A DNA stretch of 64,000 bases from the sequence record OR896822.1, one strand, 5' to 3'. This stretch comes from Salmonella phage vB_SenS-3. The notes beneath the pieces were generated by a model. The model was not told where the DNA came from. It did no database searches and saw nothing but the letters and a program-made list of their open reading frames with translations. This document shows positions 1 through 10,687 of this stretch, one piece after another. The stretch's first letter is position 1. The number at the start of each line of letters is the position of its first letter. The translations under genes were made by a program, and so were the position numbers.

Positions 1-170
1 GTAGCATCCCACGTCCAGACTTTAACTTCATCAGTAAAAGGAACTGGAACCTTCAATTCACCTTTACCCCACATAACAGATAGGAACAGAGAATAAATGG
101 TAATCATACCGATTAGGTTGACAAACCATACTAGACCTTTCCAGATACCCTTAAAAATCTTCTTCACCAT
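1..170 (-). CDS. hypothetical membrane protein, partial (runs off window start)
   Basis: ATG at 170 on minus strand with AGGAGG RBS upstream; hydrophobic N-terminus; open to window edge. Confidence 0.35.
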   Translation of the reverse strand, partial: MVKKIFKGIWKGLVWFVNLIGMITIYSLFLSVMWGKGELKVPVPFTDEVKVWTWDA

Positions 171-333
171 ATTCTCCCTCCTTAATAAGGAACTCTTTCC
201 ATTCTGCTGTATCCTCATAGATAACGCAGAAATCATCACTCTTCCATGAGAAGTCATCAGTAGCAAATTCGAAACGGTAGCACCAACTACCGTCTGGCCA
301 TACTAAAAGATCACACATGCTTTTCTGGGACAT
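151..333 (-). CDS. hypothetical small acidic protein
   Basis: C-terminal part of track ORF 151..474; internal ATG at 333 has GGAGGG RBS; upstream part overlaps Sir2 gene. Confidence 0.3.
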   Translation of the reverse strand: MSQKSMCDLLVWPDGSWCYRFEFATDDFSWKSDDFCVIYEDTAEWKEFLIKEGEYGEEDF

Positions 334-1162
334 AAATATTTCCCTCCATAAAAGCTTCAACTTGATCAATAAAGTGTTTATTACCAAAAACTTCGGCAGC
401 TCCAGCACGCCATACAGTAACACCACGTTTCTCATATTCAAGCTGTTCATCATAGCGAACTTGAGGGTTAACAACCATCATCTTAGTTCCACGACATACA
501 GCAGGGAATAGTTCCCAGTTGAAGTCAATCACTTGGTTGCTACAACCTACTACAATAACCATATCATTGCTAGTAAGTGTATCAAACAGGTTAATCTGAC
601 CCATATACCACGGAGCCGTCTCACCAAAGAATGTTACGTTTGGTTTTACCCATTCGTAATCTTCAGGAACAATTGCAGTGTATCCAACATCTTCGATGAT
701 TTGATTGCGACCCCGACGATAGATCACCTCTTTCAAGTACCCGTGAGCGTGAATGATTTCATCACGAGGGATACCAGCACGTTCCAGAAGGTCATCAACG
801 TTAGTAGTGAAGTTCTTCACGCTATCCGCACCATAACGCTGGAACCATTCTGCAATTCGCAGATGGGCAATGTTAGGCTCAACAGTCTGTAATTCCTGAC
901 GACGCATGTTGTAGAACTCATGAGTCTTGAGATACAGATCGTTACCCTCTTCATCAATGCCAGGGAAACGAGCACTGAAGTAGTTAGGATCATCTTCACC
1001 ACAGAAGCGACGGAAGCCAGCTTCAAAGTTAGGCAAGCTACATACTTCCTCTAGATCGTACTCATCCCACAAAGATTTTCCACTAGCAGTATCAGTACGG
1101 AAAGCACGAACACCACTATCAACACTTAAACCAGCACCACTAACAATGATTAGTCTACGCAT
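311..1162 (-). CDS. Sir2-family (sirtuin-like) NAD-dependent protein
   Basis: 283 aa; GAGLSVDSG Rossmann motif, TTNVDDL and HAHG motifs typical of Sir2 fold; zinc-ribbon cysteines not obvious. Confidence 0.7.
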   Translation of the reverse strand: MRRLIIVSGAGLSVDSGVRAFRTDTASGKSLWDEYDLEEVCSLPNFEAGFRRFCGEDDPNYFSARFPGIDEEGNDLYLKTHEFYNMRRQELQTVEPNIAHLRIAEWFQRYGADSVKNFTTNVDDLLERAGIPRDEIIHAHGYLKEVIYRRGRNQIIEDVGYTAIVPEDYEWVKPNVTFFGETAPWYMGQINLFDTLTSNDMVIVVGCSNQVIDFNWELFPAVCRGTKMMVVNPQVRYDEQLEYEKRGVTVWRAGAAEVFGNKHFIDQVEAFMEGNIYVPEKHV

Positions 1163-1356
1163 TATACGATTCCTTGCTTGAATCCTTCGATGATATTTTG
1201 GAGCAGAATTGCTTCTTCTGGGCGAACCTTCTCTTGCTTAATAAGCATATCCAAACCAGCAATACAGGTAGCTACTCCAGCATTATACCCAGCATTCCAC
1301 TGCTCCATAAGCATATTTTCTAAATTACTTTTTAGATTCTGATTCAAGAAGTCCAT
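1162..1356 (-). CDS. hypothetical protein
   Basis: Internal ATG of track ORF 1162..1440 with GGAGGA RBS; overlaps next ORF. Confidence 0.35.
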   Translation of the reverse strand: MDFLNQNLKSNLENMLMEQWNAGYNAGVATCIAGLDMLIKQEKVRPEEAILLQNIIEGFKQGIV

Positions 1357-1528
1357 AAAGTTTTTCCTCCAATTCCATAATACGATTTTCGTAAGAAGCA
1401 CGCAGCTTCTCGATGGACAAAGCACGAACTGTAACTTCATCTGAATTGATCGCTAGCTGAGCTAGATCTTCTGTTTCCATACGTCCGTTGTAAATTAAGC
1501 GATATTTAAGATGTTTTACGTTTTTCAT
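1325..1528 (-). CDS. hypothetical protein
   Basis: 67-aa ORF, AAGGAA RBS upstream of ATG at 1528. Confidence 0.4.
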   Translation of the reverse strand: MKNVKHLKYRLIYNGRMETEDLAQLAINSDEVTVRALSIEKLRASYENRIMELEEKLYGLLESESKK

Positions 1529-1537
1529 TCTTGTTCC

Positions 1538-1819
1538 TTAGTTCTGTACTGTAAATTCATTCTTATCACAGTGAGCATAATAATACCCATACATACGATA
1601 AATTTTCACAGCCTTAGTAGACCCCTTCGATTCTTCATAATCAATCCAGAGCCACTTGTCTTTACCTACATAATGTACCCGAAACTTCTTAACTTTCTTA
1701 TCATTCCATGTTGCAACAACACGACGATAATCAAATCCGCCCAACCAATCTAGAGCCTTACGTTCTTCACTAGGCTCTCCAAGATGGGAAACATCTACTT
1801 TCGGAAGCAATTCGCTCAT
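1538..1819 (-). CDS. hypothetical protein
   Basis: 93-aa ORF directly downstream of nrdD on minus strand. Confidence 0.45.
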   Translation of the reverse strand: MSELLPKVDVSHLGEPSEERKALDWLGGFDYRRVVATWNDKKVKKFRVHYVGKDKWLWIDYEESKGSTKAVKIYRMYGYYYAHCDKNEFTVQN

Positions 1820-1917
1820 AGCTTTCTCCTCTCAAATTTATAAATCAATTATACATAAGTTTTAGCTCGAAAGCAAATAAAATAAAAGCCAGGTCGACTA
1901 GCAACCTGGCTGATTCA

Positions 1918-3792
1918 TTATTTAGCGCGAATGTCTTGATGTTTCACTCGACCCATAACCTCATGTTGTTTACCTGGGTTAAACGGACGAGCACCTGGAT
2001 TTCCAAGATATCCACAAACTCGACGAGTTACCTCAAGAGTCTCAGGATCATGATTGCCACAAATTGGGCATTTGAAACCATCCTCAGAAGCTATAGTTTC
2101 ACCCAAGAACCCACATTCCCCACAAGAGTCTACTGGAGTATTAATACCGAAGTAATGAACTTTACTTGCAGCATAGTTAATAACCCATTCCAGTGCATCA
2201 GGGAATCGTTTCATATCAGGCAATTCCACATAGGAAATGCACCCACCAGAAGCAATTGGGGTAAAGTTAGACTCATAATCGAACTTCACGTTCGGAGCAA
2301 CCTTACGCTCCACATCAAGGTGATGAGAGTTAGTGTAATATCCTTTAACCAGAATATCTTCATGCTCTGGGAAATACTCACGATCTAGACGACAGAAGCG
2401 ATCACATAGAGATTCAGATGGTGTAGCATACAGACTATACCCTAATTGAGTCTCTTCCTTCTTCTGATCAGCACGATCACGCATGTATTGTAGCACACGT
2501 TGAACGAACTTGATACAGGATTCAGACATTGTATCTACATCTTTACCAAACATGAACTGTAACATTTCGTGGCAGCCAATATATCCTAGAGATACAGAAG
2601 CACGCTTGTAGAAATGATCAAATACATATTCATCTGGCCCCAGACGTAATCCAAAGGCTCCTGACATATAGAGGATGGGCGCAGCTTTAGCTTGAATGTA
2701 CTTTAAGCGATCAACCCTCCACTCCAATGCTTTTAACGCGGTATCCACACGCAGCTCAAGCAGATCGAAGAATAGATCAATATTACCTTCCGCTTCGATA
2801 GCAATTCGAGGTAGGTTTACAGAAACAACGCCTAAGTTGTTACGACCAGAAGTTTCACCATCTTCCGCAGCAGCCAGGAATGAACGACAGCCCATAGAGA
2901 CTTTGTAGTCTCCCGTAACTTCTACAACCTTATCATAACTGATGTAGTCAGGATACATACGTTCAGCAGTACATTTCATAGCTAACTTCTTGATATCATA
3001 GTTAACATCACCAGGTTTCATGTTTACGCCATCACGCAAAACAAATACCAGTTTAGGGAAGATAGCTGTACGTTTATTGATACCCAAACCATCCATACGC
3101 ACTTCTAGGATTGCTTTCTGTACAAGACGTGCTTCCCAAGAAGTTCCTAGACCAAACCCAAAGGTAATAAACGGACTTTGACCATTAGAGTTGAACATCG
3201 TATTGATTTCATACTCCAGGCCCTGACAGGCATCGTAAACTTCTTTCTCAGTCATTTCCGTAGCCATTACAGATGCTTTAGCTTCATCCTTAGTCCAACG
3301 CTTTGCAAACGCATGATTCTTATCATAAGACTTACGAACATAAGGAGCCAATACTTCATCTAATCGGTCTACAGAAGTACCCCCATATTGATGTGAACTA
3401 ACCTGAGTGATAATCTGAGCTGTGATAGCAGCCGCAGTAGTAATAGAGTTTGGTGTACTGATTTCAGCATTACCAACCTTCATACCATTCTTCAACATAT
3501 CTTCCAAAGCAACCAGGCAACAGTTAGTCATACCTAACGCAGCGTAATCAGCATCATGGAAGTGAATATCACCAATCATGTGAGCATTTCGAATCTGGAT
3601 TGGCATTTCTTCCAGAATCAGATGTTTACTCAATTCCCCTGCAAGCATGTCCCTTTGTGTAGGGAAACGTTCGCTTGGTTTGTTCGCATTATTAAAGAGT
3701 AGCTCTTCATCTGCTGATCCTTCGATAATTTCTTTGCAGTTTCGAATTAAGGACTGCACTCCTTTATACTTTAGTTCTTCATTGCGATTCAT
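1918..3792 (-). CDS. nrdD: anaerobic ribonucleoside-triphosphate reductase (class III)
   Basis: 624 aa; C-terminal glycyl-radical motif RVCGYLG and CPICG zinc site. Confidence 0.9.
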   Translation of the reverse strand: MNRNEELKYKGVQSLIRNCKEIIEGSADEELLFNNANKPSERFPTQRDMLAGELSKHLILEEMPIQIRNAHMIGDIHFHDADYAALGMTNCCLVALEDMLKNGMKVGNAEISTPNSITTAAAITAQIITQVSSHQYGGTSVDRLDEVLAPYVRKSYDKNHAFAKRWTKDEAKASVMATEMTEKEVYDACQGLEYEINTMFNSNGQSPFITFGFGLGTSWEARLVQKAILEVRMDGLGINKRTAIFPKLVFVLRDGVNMKPGDVNYDIKKLAMKCTAERMYPDYISYDKVVEVTGDYKVSMGCRSFLAAAEDGETSGRNNLGVVSVNLPRIAIEAEGNIDLFFDLLELRVDTALKALEWRVDRLKYIQAKAAPILYMSGAFGLRLGPDEYVFDHFYKRASVSLGYIGCHEMLQFMFGKDVDTMSESCIKFVQRVLQYMRDRADQKKEETQLGYSLYATPSESLCDRFCRLDREYFPEHEDILVKGYYTNSHHLDVERKVAPNVKFDYESNFTPIASGGCISYVELPDMKRFPDALEWVINYAASKVHYFGINTPVDSCGECGFLGETIASEDGFKCPICGNHDPETLEVTRRVCGYLGNPGARPFNPGKQHEVMGRVKHQDIRAK

Positions 3793-3901
3793 TACACCCT
3801 CCTTCTCTAATTAAGACTACTATTATAACTCATTCGAAGGCGGATGTCAACAATATTTTACCATAAAGTTCTGTAACATGATCTGAGTCAAAAAATTTTA
3901 T

Positions 3902-3930
3902 TTGCCAACCTCTATTAAAAATAGTATAAT
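3902..3930 (+). promoter_or_regulatory. sigma70-type promoter (TTGCCA N17 TATAAT)
   Basis: In divergent nrdD/phoH intergenic region. Confidence 0.5.
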
Positions 3931-4042
3931 CACACGCCCGTGTACGCGATATAAAATGATTATCTAGTACCATACATCTCCCAATAAAAGCAAGTAAATT
4001 TTTTATTTAAAAGCAATATCATGGGTTTATTTAAAATTATAC

Positions 4043-4071
4043 TTGCTTTTTGCTGTAAACCTTGTTATAAT
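4043..4071 (+). promoter_or_regulatory. sigma70-type promoter (TTGCTT N17 TATAAT)
   Basis: Second tandem promoter upstream of phoH. Confidence 0.5.
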
Positions 4072-4147
4072 ATATTTGTAAGTTGATAAACAAGATCTCT
4101 TTGTTGATCCTCTGTTAGAAGCGAAGTACACTATAGGAGTGTTATTT

Positions 4148-4900
4148 ATGGGAAAAGCACGTCAAAAAAGAGAGAACCGCAATGGTTCAAGAAAGCGTGG
4201 CAACAAGTATGATAGTAACGTAATTCAAGCAGATTTCTCTGGTGATTACGCCAATCCAGTTGCTAAATCCCTAGTTGGTAAAAACCGTGAGCAAAAATCA
4301 TATATCAATATGATCAAGAACAACACAGTGACTGTTGGTATTGGTGAACCAGGTACTGGTAAAACCTTTATTCCGTCCGTTCTTGCAGCTCAGGAACTCG
4401 TAGACATTCACTCAGATATTGAGCAAGTGATCCTCGTGCGTCCGAACGAACCTCTAGGTAAATCTCTTGGTATGCTCCCAGGTGATCTGGCAGAAAAGCT
4501 AGAGCCTTGGTTGGAACCAATAGCCGATGGCATGAAATGGGCAATCGGTGATCACGCCTACAAAGGATATGTCGAACGTCAGAAAATTAAATTCCTGGCT
4601 ATCGAACATGCCCGTGGCCGAACTTTCAACAACTCCTATGTAATTGTCGATGAAGCTCAGAATATCTCCGTTGAAGCAATGATCTGTCTCCTGACTCGTG
4701 TAGGACAAGATTGTCGTTTAATTATCTGTGGGGATATAGCGCAGAAAGACATCAAGGGTGATTCAGGTCTAGCACTTCTTATGGAAGTCTATGAGAAGTA
4801 TGAAAACTCTCCTTTCTCTATGATCGAACTGATCGACAACGTTCGCTCACCAGAGTCTAAAGCATTCTACGATATCTTTAAGGATATGGGGAAGGTGTAA
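4148..4900 (+). CDS. phoH: PhoH-like ATPase
   Basis: Walker A GEPGTGKT and IVDEAQN Walker B; AGGAG RBS 8 nt upstream of ATG 4148. Confidence 0.85.
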   Translation: MGKARQKRENRNGSRKRGNKYDSNVIQADFSGDYANPVAKSLVGKNREQKSYINMIKNNTVTVGIGEPGTGKTFIPSVLAAQELVDIHSDIEQVILVRPNEPLGKSLGMLPGDLAEKLEPWLEPIADGMKWAIGDHAYKGYVERQKIKFLAIEHARGRTFNNSYVIVDEAQNISVEAMICLLTRVGQDCRLIICGDIAQKDIKGDSGLALLMEVYEKYENSPFSMIELIDNVRSPESKAFYDIFKDMGKV

Positions 4901-4901
4901 T

Positions 4902-5144
4902 ATGGGAAACGTCGTACATCTGCACCGCAAAACTAAGATTCACCGTACTTCACTGAGTGCTGCTAATATGATTACACGTAAGGAAGGGGAAGAAAGTCCT
5001 AAGACTACCCTAGCGTGGAAAATTGTAGCCTCTAATCCAAATCGGCCTTTTAATTATAACGAATTGAGTACTTCTATAGACATTCTTATGGCTAAGGAAA
5101 TACGACAGAAACTAACTGATATGACCGATAAACTTAAATGGTAA
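4902..5144 (+). CDS. hypothetical protein
   Basis: 80-aa ORF abutting phoH stop. Confidence 0.4.
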   Translation: MGNVVHLHRKTKIHRTSLSAANMITRKEGEESPKTTLAWKIVASNPNRPFNYNELSTSIDILMAKEIRQKLTDMTDKLKW

Positions 5145-5267
5145 GACAGACGAGCCTGGGTATGAAAATATCCGGGCTCTTTTTATCTGTAAAATTGTAC
5201 TTGCAAAATGACCCAAAACAAAGTAGAATATTTCCTAAATCCTGATAACTACAAAAAGGAAAGCCAA

Positions 5268-7598
5268 ATGAGCCATCGCATCGAAAAAGTAATTAAACGT
5301 GACGGTACTGTTCAGGACTTTGCTCCTGAAAAACTCAATGATTGGGCTGCATGGGCATGTAAAGATACTGACGTAAGTTGGTCTGCCGTAGTTATGGCTG
5401 CCCTGAAAAATCTACCCAAAGGTGTTGTAGACTCCGATACACTCCAAGATGTGTTAATTAAAGCCGCTGAAGGTCTTATCAAAGACAACCCAGCATATGA
5501 TACTGTAGCAAAGGAATTACGTCTTGCGCAGATGCGTAAACGCCTATATGATTCCTTTGAACCTCCTTCTCTGCGTTTCTTCCACGATCATATGATTCGT
5601 GTTGGCGCCTGGGAAGACATGAGTGCATGGATTAGCGATGATCAGTTTGATGCTCTGAATCAAGTTATTGATCATGATCGCGATCGTTTATTCACCAGTG
5701 GTGGACTGAAACAGTTCTTCGACAAGTATTCCCGTCGTAATATTGCAACTGGTGAAATTTATGAAACCCCGCAGTTTGCCTACATGGGTATGGCAATGGC
5801 GATGTTATCTCAACCTAACTGGACAATTCTCGATGCAATCGACCTCTACAACGCAATGTCACTCCATAAAATCAACGTGCCGACTCCACCTCTCGTGGGT
5901 CTTAGGAGCAGCGACCGCGGTTTTGCTTCTTGTTGTCTTGTTGATAGTACTGATACCCTCGATTCAATCGACACAGCCGAGCACATCGTCTTCAAAATGG
6001 TCGCAGCCAGAGCGGGAATCGGGTATCATCTTGAAAGCCGATCAATTGCTGATCCGGTGCGAAATGGGGCATTCCCGCATTCCGGAAAACTGCCATATTA
6101 TCGACACATTGACCGATCAGTAAAAGCTAACACTCAGCAAACCCGTGGTGGTTCTGCTACTGTGTCTTACCCATACTTCGATCCTGAAATCATTCAGTTG
6201 ATGCAGGTTAAGCAGCAACGTGCTACAGACGAGAATAAAATCGATAAGATGGATTACTCTCTGAGCTTTAACAACCTTCTGTTAAAACGTTACCTGAAAA
6301 ATGAAGATATTACGCTAATGTCCTACTTCTACGCACCAGAAGTTCATGAAGCGTTTTATGGCGAAGATGAGGCTAAGTTTGAAGAAATCTACGTGGCAGC
6401 GGAGAAACGTGTGGCATCTCTTACAAAGATCGACCACGAAGGAAAAACAATTCCAGCAGCTCCTAGAATCTCTGCAAAAGAAATCCTAGATACTTGGTTA
6501 CGTATCCGTATGGAAACAGGGCGTATGTATGCTCATCACATTGGTGAATCTAACCGTCATGGTAACTTCCTTGACCCGATTCGTATGACCAACCTTTGTG
6601 TTGAAATTACTCAGCCAACCCGTCCATTCCATCACATTACGGAGCTGTATAAGACCCAAGATCAGTTAGACGATATGCGTCCAGAAGATATTGGTGAAGT
6701 ATCTCTGTGTAACTTAGGTGGTGTTGTACTAGGTCGTATGGAATCTCTGGCTGAATGGGAGAAAACTTGCTACATTCTTCTGAAATTCGTTGATACAATC
6801 ATCGAGATTCAGGATTACCCATTCCCAACTATGGAGTACACGGCTAAGAAACGTCGTAACGTTGGTATTGGTCTGATGAACGCAGCAGGTGCAATGGCAG
6901 CAGAAGGTTTGGCTTACGAAGGTGTTGAAGCCCGTAACTGGATTCACCGTGAAGCTGAAAAGCTGTCCTACTTCCTACATAAAGCCTCTGTACGTCTGGC
7001 TAAAGAACAAGGTGCATGTGACTGGTTTAATCGTACTAAGCCTTCGCAAGGAACTCTGGTAATCGACACGTACAAGAAAACTGTTGATGAACTGGTAACT
7101 GTAGGTCTAGAAATGGATTGGGAATCTCTGCGTGCAGATATTCTGAAATATGGTATGCGCAACTCTGTTCTGACTGCTCAGATGCCAGGTGAAAGTTCCT
7201 CTGTACTGCTAGGTGTTACTAACTCTATCGAACCGCCCCGTAAGATCGTATCTATCAAGGGTAGTGCAGTGAATAAAGTAATTGCAATTGCTCCAGGTGC
7301 AACTGATTGGGATACATTAATGAGCTATAAACTGGCTTATGATGTAGATCGTATCGAGTGGATCAAATGGGTAGCAACCATGCAGAAATTATTCAGCCAG
7401 TCTATCAGTACGAATATGTACTATGACTACACCAAGTTCGAGAATGAAATCATTCCCGGCCCAGTAGTAGTTCGTGACTTTATGACTGCTGTTAAGTACG
7501 GTTGGAAAACTTGGTACTACGCTAACTTCAACACTGAAAATGGTGGTGGAGCTGGTGAAGAAGCAGCAGGTTGTGCATCAGGTGGTTGTAACCTATAA
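5268..7598 (+). CDS. nrdA: ribonucleoside-diphosphate reductase large subunit (class Ia)
   Basis: ATP-cone-like N-terminus (IEKVIKRDG), catalytic-core NxC/E motifs; C-terminal CxxC tail; start set at ATG 5268 with AGGAAA RBS. Confidence 0.9.
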   Translation: MSHRIEKVIKRDGTVQDFAPEKLNDWAAWACKDTDVSWSAVVMAALKNLPKGVVDSDTLQDVLIKAAEGLIKDNPAYDTVAKELRLAQMRKRLYDSFEPPSLRFFHDHMIRVGAWEDMSAWISDDQFDALNQVIDHDRDRLFTSGGLKQFFDKYSRRNIATGEIYETPQFAYMGMAMAMLSQPNWTILDAIDLYNAMSLHKINVPTPPLVGLRSSDRGFASCCLVDSTDTLDSIDTAEHIVFKMVAARAGIGYHLESRSIADPVRNGAFPHSGKLPYYRHIDRSVKANTQQTRGGSATVSYPYFDPEIIQLMQVKQQRATDENKIDKMDYSLSFNNLLLKRYLKNEDITLMSYFYAPEVHEAFYGEDEAKFEEIYVAAEKRVASLTKIDHEGKTIPAAPRISAKEILDTWLRIRMETGRMYAHHIGESNRHGNFLDPIRMTNLCVEITQPTRPFHHITELYKTQDQLDDMRPEDIGEVSLCNLGGVVLGRMESLAEWEKTCYILLKFVDTIIEIQDYPFPTMEYTAKKRRNVGIGLMNAAGAMAAEGLAYEGVEARNWIHREAEKLSYFLHKASVRLAKEQGACDWFNRTKPSQGTLVIDTYKKTVDELVTVGLEMDWESLRADILKYGMRNSVLTAQMPGESSSVLLGVTNSIEPPRKIVSIKGSAVNKVIAIAPGATDWDTLMSYKLAYDVDRIEWIKWVATMQKLFSQSISTNMYYDYTKFENEIIPGPVVVRDFMTAVKYGWKTWYYANFNTENGGGAGEEAAGCASGGCNL

Positions 7599-7705
7599 TA
7601 AAAACAAGGAGATCTTCGGGTCTCCTTTTTTCTTTGAAATTTTACTTGCTAATCTCTACCAGATTTGCTATAATATTCCTGAAATAGTGAGAAAGAGGAA
7701 AATCA

Positions 7706-8851
7706 ATGACTACTTTACTAAACCTGAATTGGGATCATACTAACGCTGACCTTTTCCTGGGCGATTCTCTTGGTATCGCAGATTACGTTCGTGTAGCACA
7801 TCCTGAACTTGAGCGTCTAGCACTTCTGCAACGTTCTCAATTTTGGACTGAAACTGAAATCAGTCTGGAAGCTGATAAGAAACAATGGCCAAACCTCCCG
7901 CGTGATATCCAGGAAATTACTCTCCTGAACTTAGCATGGCAAACTCAAACAGATTCTTTCATTAGTCGTGCTCCTGAGGCAGCTATTATGCCACTTGTAA
8001 GCCGTCCTGAATTGGAAGGTATGCTCAAGCAGTGGAGCTACTTCGAAGATCTACATAGCCGTGCGTATAGTAACATTATTCGTAACGTTCTGACTGACCC
8101 AGCAGAATTTATTGATTCTGTAACTAAAAACCAAGAAGCATTTGCACGTATCGCAGATTCTGTTGAACTGTTTGATGAATTGTATCTGTTAGGTCAGTAT
8201 TTCCTTGCAGTACGTGATCATCGTGGTGATAATACTTATCCAGAAACTGAGTTCCCTGAAGTTAAACGTGAAACTCAGGCTAAACTGTTAGACGCTTACT
8301 TTGCAATCTACGGTCTGGAAGCAATGCAGTTCTACGCATCCTTTGCATGTACCTTTGCTCTAGCAGAGAACGATATTCTGCAAGGTATTGCTAAGAACCT
8401 GCAATTAATCGCTAAAGATGAAGCTCTACATACTCAAATGTCTAAAGCTATCATCCAGATTATGTTCCAGCAGTTTGATAAAGATCTGGTAGATGAAGCA
8501 TTAGCTAAAGCACCAGCACAACTCCTAAAAACTCTGAAAACTGAGATTGAATGGGGCCACTTTATCTTTAAAGGCCGCAGTCTGATTGGTTTGAACGCAG
8601 AATTGCTTGAAGAATACCTTTACTTTGTAGGACGTAACGCATTTATGCACATTGGTGTAGAATGGCCAAGCCACTTACCTGTAATTACTAAGAACCCTAT
8701 TCCGTGGATTATGAACTGGTTGGATACTACATCTTTACAACCTGCTCCACAAGAGATTCAGATTGGTGCAGCGTACCGTGTAGGTCAAGTAACTGAAACC
8801 TCTGCTGATACTCTGAAAGATCTTGGCAACGAATTTGAGGATATGTTCTAA
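7706..8851 (+). CDS. nrdB: ribonucleoside-diphosphate reductase small subunit
   Basis: 381 aa directly after nrdA; ferritin-like diiron E/H motifs; acidic C-terminus. Confidence 0.9.
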   Translation: MTTLLNLNWDHTNADLFLGDSLGIADYVRVAHPELERLALLQRSQFWTETEISLEADKKQWPNLPRDIQEITLLNLAWQTQTDSFISRAPEAAIMPLVSRPELEGMLKQWSYFEDLHSRAYSNIIRNVLTDPAEFIDSVTKNQEAFARIADSVELFDELYLLGQYFLAVRDHRGDNTYPETEFPEVKRETQAKLLDAYFAIYGLEAMQFYASFACTFALAENDILQGIAKNLQLIAKDEALHTQMSKAIIQIMFQQFDKDLVDEALAKAPAQLLKTLKTEIEWGHFIFKGRSLIGLNAELLEEYLYFVGRNAFMHIGVEWPSHLPVITKNPIPWIMNWLDTTSLQPAPQEIQIGAAYRVGQVTETSADTLKDLGNEFEDMF

Positions 8852-9381
8852 TGATAGCAGCAATCTATGCAACTGGGCCGAATGGGGAGTTCGGCCTCAA
8901 TGGTAAGCTCCCCTGGGGTTCTTTCAAAGAAGAACTAGATATCTTCTATGCTACATTGGATTCTCTGGCACCTGACAATATTATTGTAGGAGCAGGAACT
9001 TGGTTAGCATTCCCTGAGACTCTGCAAAAAAGAATACTAGGAGATTCTGACCTATTTATTTATGCAAATAGACCACTACCGAACTCTATAAGATCAGCTA
9101 CACGCATAAGCAACATTGGATACCGTCTGCCTGATTTTCTCAAGGAAGAGGTAACTGTAGTATTAGGGGGAGCAACTCTGCTTCTTGAAATGTATGTCAA
9201 AAATCATCTAGATATGGCGTATATCTCTACTGTTACTTCAGCCACACCATTATCTGCTGATGTACATCTGCATCATCATATTACTTTAACTAATTCAATG
9301 GCAACTAGAATGGACTATGTGGCAGGACAGAATGCAGATAAAACGCTTTCATTCTTACAAGAATTGGTGATATTTAAATGA
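8851..9381 (+). CDS. dihydrofolate reductase-like protein
   Basis: 176 aa; N-terminal IAAIYATG...LPW resembles DHFR; sits between nrdB and thyA. Confidence 0.65.
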   Translation: MIAAIYATGPNGEFGLNGKLPWGSFKEELDIFYATLDSLAPDNIIVGAGTWLAFPETLQKRILGDSDLFIYANRPLPNSIRSATRISNIGYRLPDFLKEEVTVVLGGATLLLEMYVKNHLDMAYISTVTSATPLSADVHLHHHITLTNSMATRMDYVAGQNADKTLSFLQELVIFK

Positions 9382-10232
9382 AGCAATATATTGAAACTGG
9401 AAAACGTATTCTTGAAGAGGGTGTATGGGTAACGAATCCTAGAACAGGGGTTCGTTGCCTAACCATTATTGATGCAGACTTTACCTTTAACGTAGGAGCA
9501 GGAGAACTGCCGCTAGTAACTACTCGTAAAGCATTTGCTAAACAAGCAATAATGGAAATGATCGGATATCTACGTGGGTACGACTCAGCAGCACAATTCC
9601 GCGCTATTGGTGTTAATACATGGAATGCTAATGCAAATGAAAATATTGCCTGGCTAGGTAATCCATTCCGTAAAGGCGAGGATGATATGGGACGAGTCTA
9701 TGGTGTTCAAGGACGTCATTGGACTAATTCTGATGGTATGGTATTTGATCAGTTAGCCAAAGTCTACCATAATTTGAAAAGAGGGATTGACGATCGTGGA
9801 GAAATTTTAACTTTTTGGAACCCTGGGGAATTTCGTAAAGGATGCCTACGTCCGTGTATGCATACCCATCAATTCTCTATTTTAGGTGATACACTATACC
9901 TAAACTCTTTCCAGAGGTCTAATGATTTCTTGCTGGGCCAAGTATTTAATATGGTGCAATGCTATGCACTTCTAGCTATTATGGCACAGATTACAGGTCT
10001 TAAGCCAGGTATTGCTCGTCAAAAGATTATTAATCTTCATATCTATGAAGATCAGTATAATGTTCTGATGGAGCACAAGCAATTCGATCGTGAACCTTTT
10101 GCACCTCCTACTTTAGAAATCAATCCAAATATTAGAACTTTGGATGATGTATTAACGTGGGTAAGTAAGGATGATTTTACTGTTCGTGGCTATGAACACC
10201 ATCCTGCTATTGCATATCCATTTACGGTGTAA
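9378..10232 (+). CDS. thyA: thymidylate synthase
   Basis: 284 aa; active-site [10 protein letters not shown] matches the ThyA PCH..QF signature. Confidence 0.85.
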   Translation: MKQYIETGKRILEEGVWVTNPRTGVRCLTIIDADFTFNVGAGELPLVTTRKAFAKQAIMEMIGYLRGYDSAAQFRAIGVNTWNANANENIAWLGNPFRKGEDDMGRVYGVQGRHWTNSDGMVFDQLAKVYHNLKRGIDDRGEILTFWNPGEFRKGCLRPCMHTHQFSILGDTLYLNSFQRSNDFLLGQVFNMVQCYALLAIMAQITGLKPGIARQKIINLHIYEDQYNVLMEHKQFDREPFAPPTLEINPNIRTLDDVLTWVSKDDFTVRGYEHHPAIAYPFTV

Positions 10233-10235
10233 CAT

Positions 10236-10589
10236 ATGTTAATTATACTATTATTTGTCATATTCTTTCTAAAACATTTTATGGCCGATTATCCACTCCA
10301 AACACCATATATGCTAAGAAAGACGCATAAAATAGGGTGGAAACTTCCATTATTAACCCATTCGCTAGTACATGCTGGATTAACATTTGCAATTCTAATC
10401 CTATTCACATCACCAGGAATGTCTATAGCTTTAGCTATTATGGAATTAATTCTACACTTTATTATAGATTATTGGAAAGCACAACGCTGTAAATACGCTA
10501 TAAGCGATGCTAAGTTTTGGATAGCTTTAGGATTTGATCAGTTACTGCATTATCTGACATACGCCCTAATAATCTTGATTATAATCTAA
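10236..10589 (+). CDS. hypothetical membrane protein
   Basis: 117 aa, several hydrophobic segments. Confidence 0.45.
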   Translation: MLIILLFVIFFLKHFMADYPLQTPYMLRKTHKIGWKLPLLTHSLVHAGLTFAILILFTSPGMSIALAIMELILHFIIDYWKAQRCKYAISDAKFWIALGFDQLLHYLTYALIILIII

Positions 10590-10687
10590 TTCAAATAGCC
10601 CTTCGGGGCTATTATATTTAAATTTCATTTGCTTACTGAGTGAAATTCAAATATAATATACTTCTAATTTGACAGAAGGATTTAATA

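Noticed and set aside
5743-6123. 126-aa + strand ORF inside nrdA in another frame
   Set aside because: Alternative-frame ORF inside a conserved enzyme gene; the product is hydrophobic and low-complexity.
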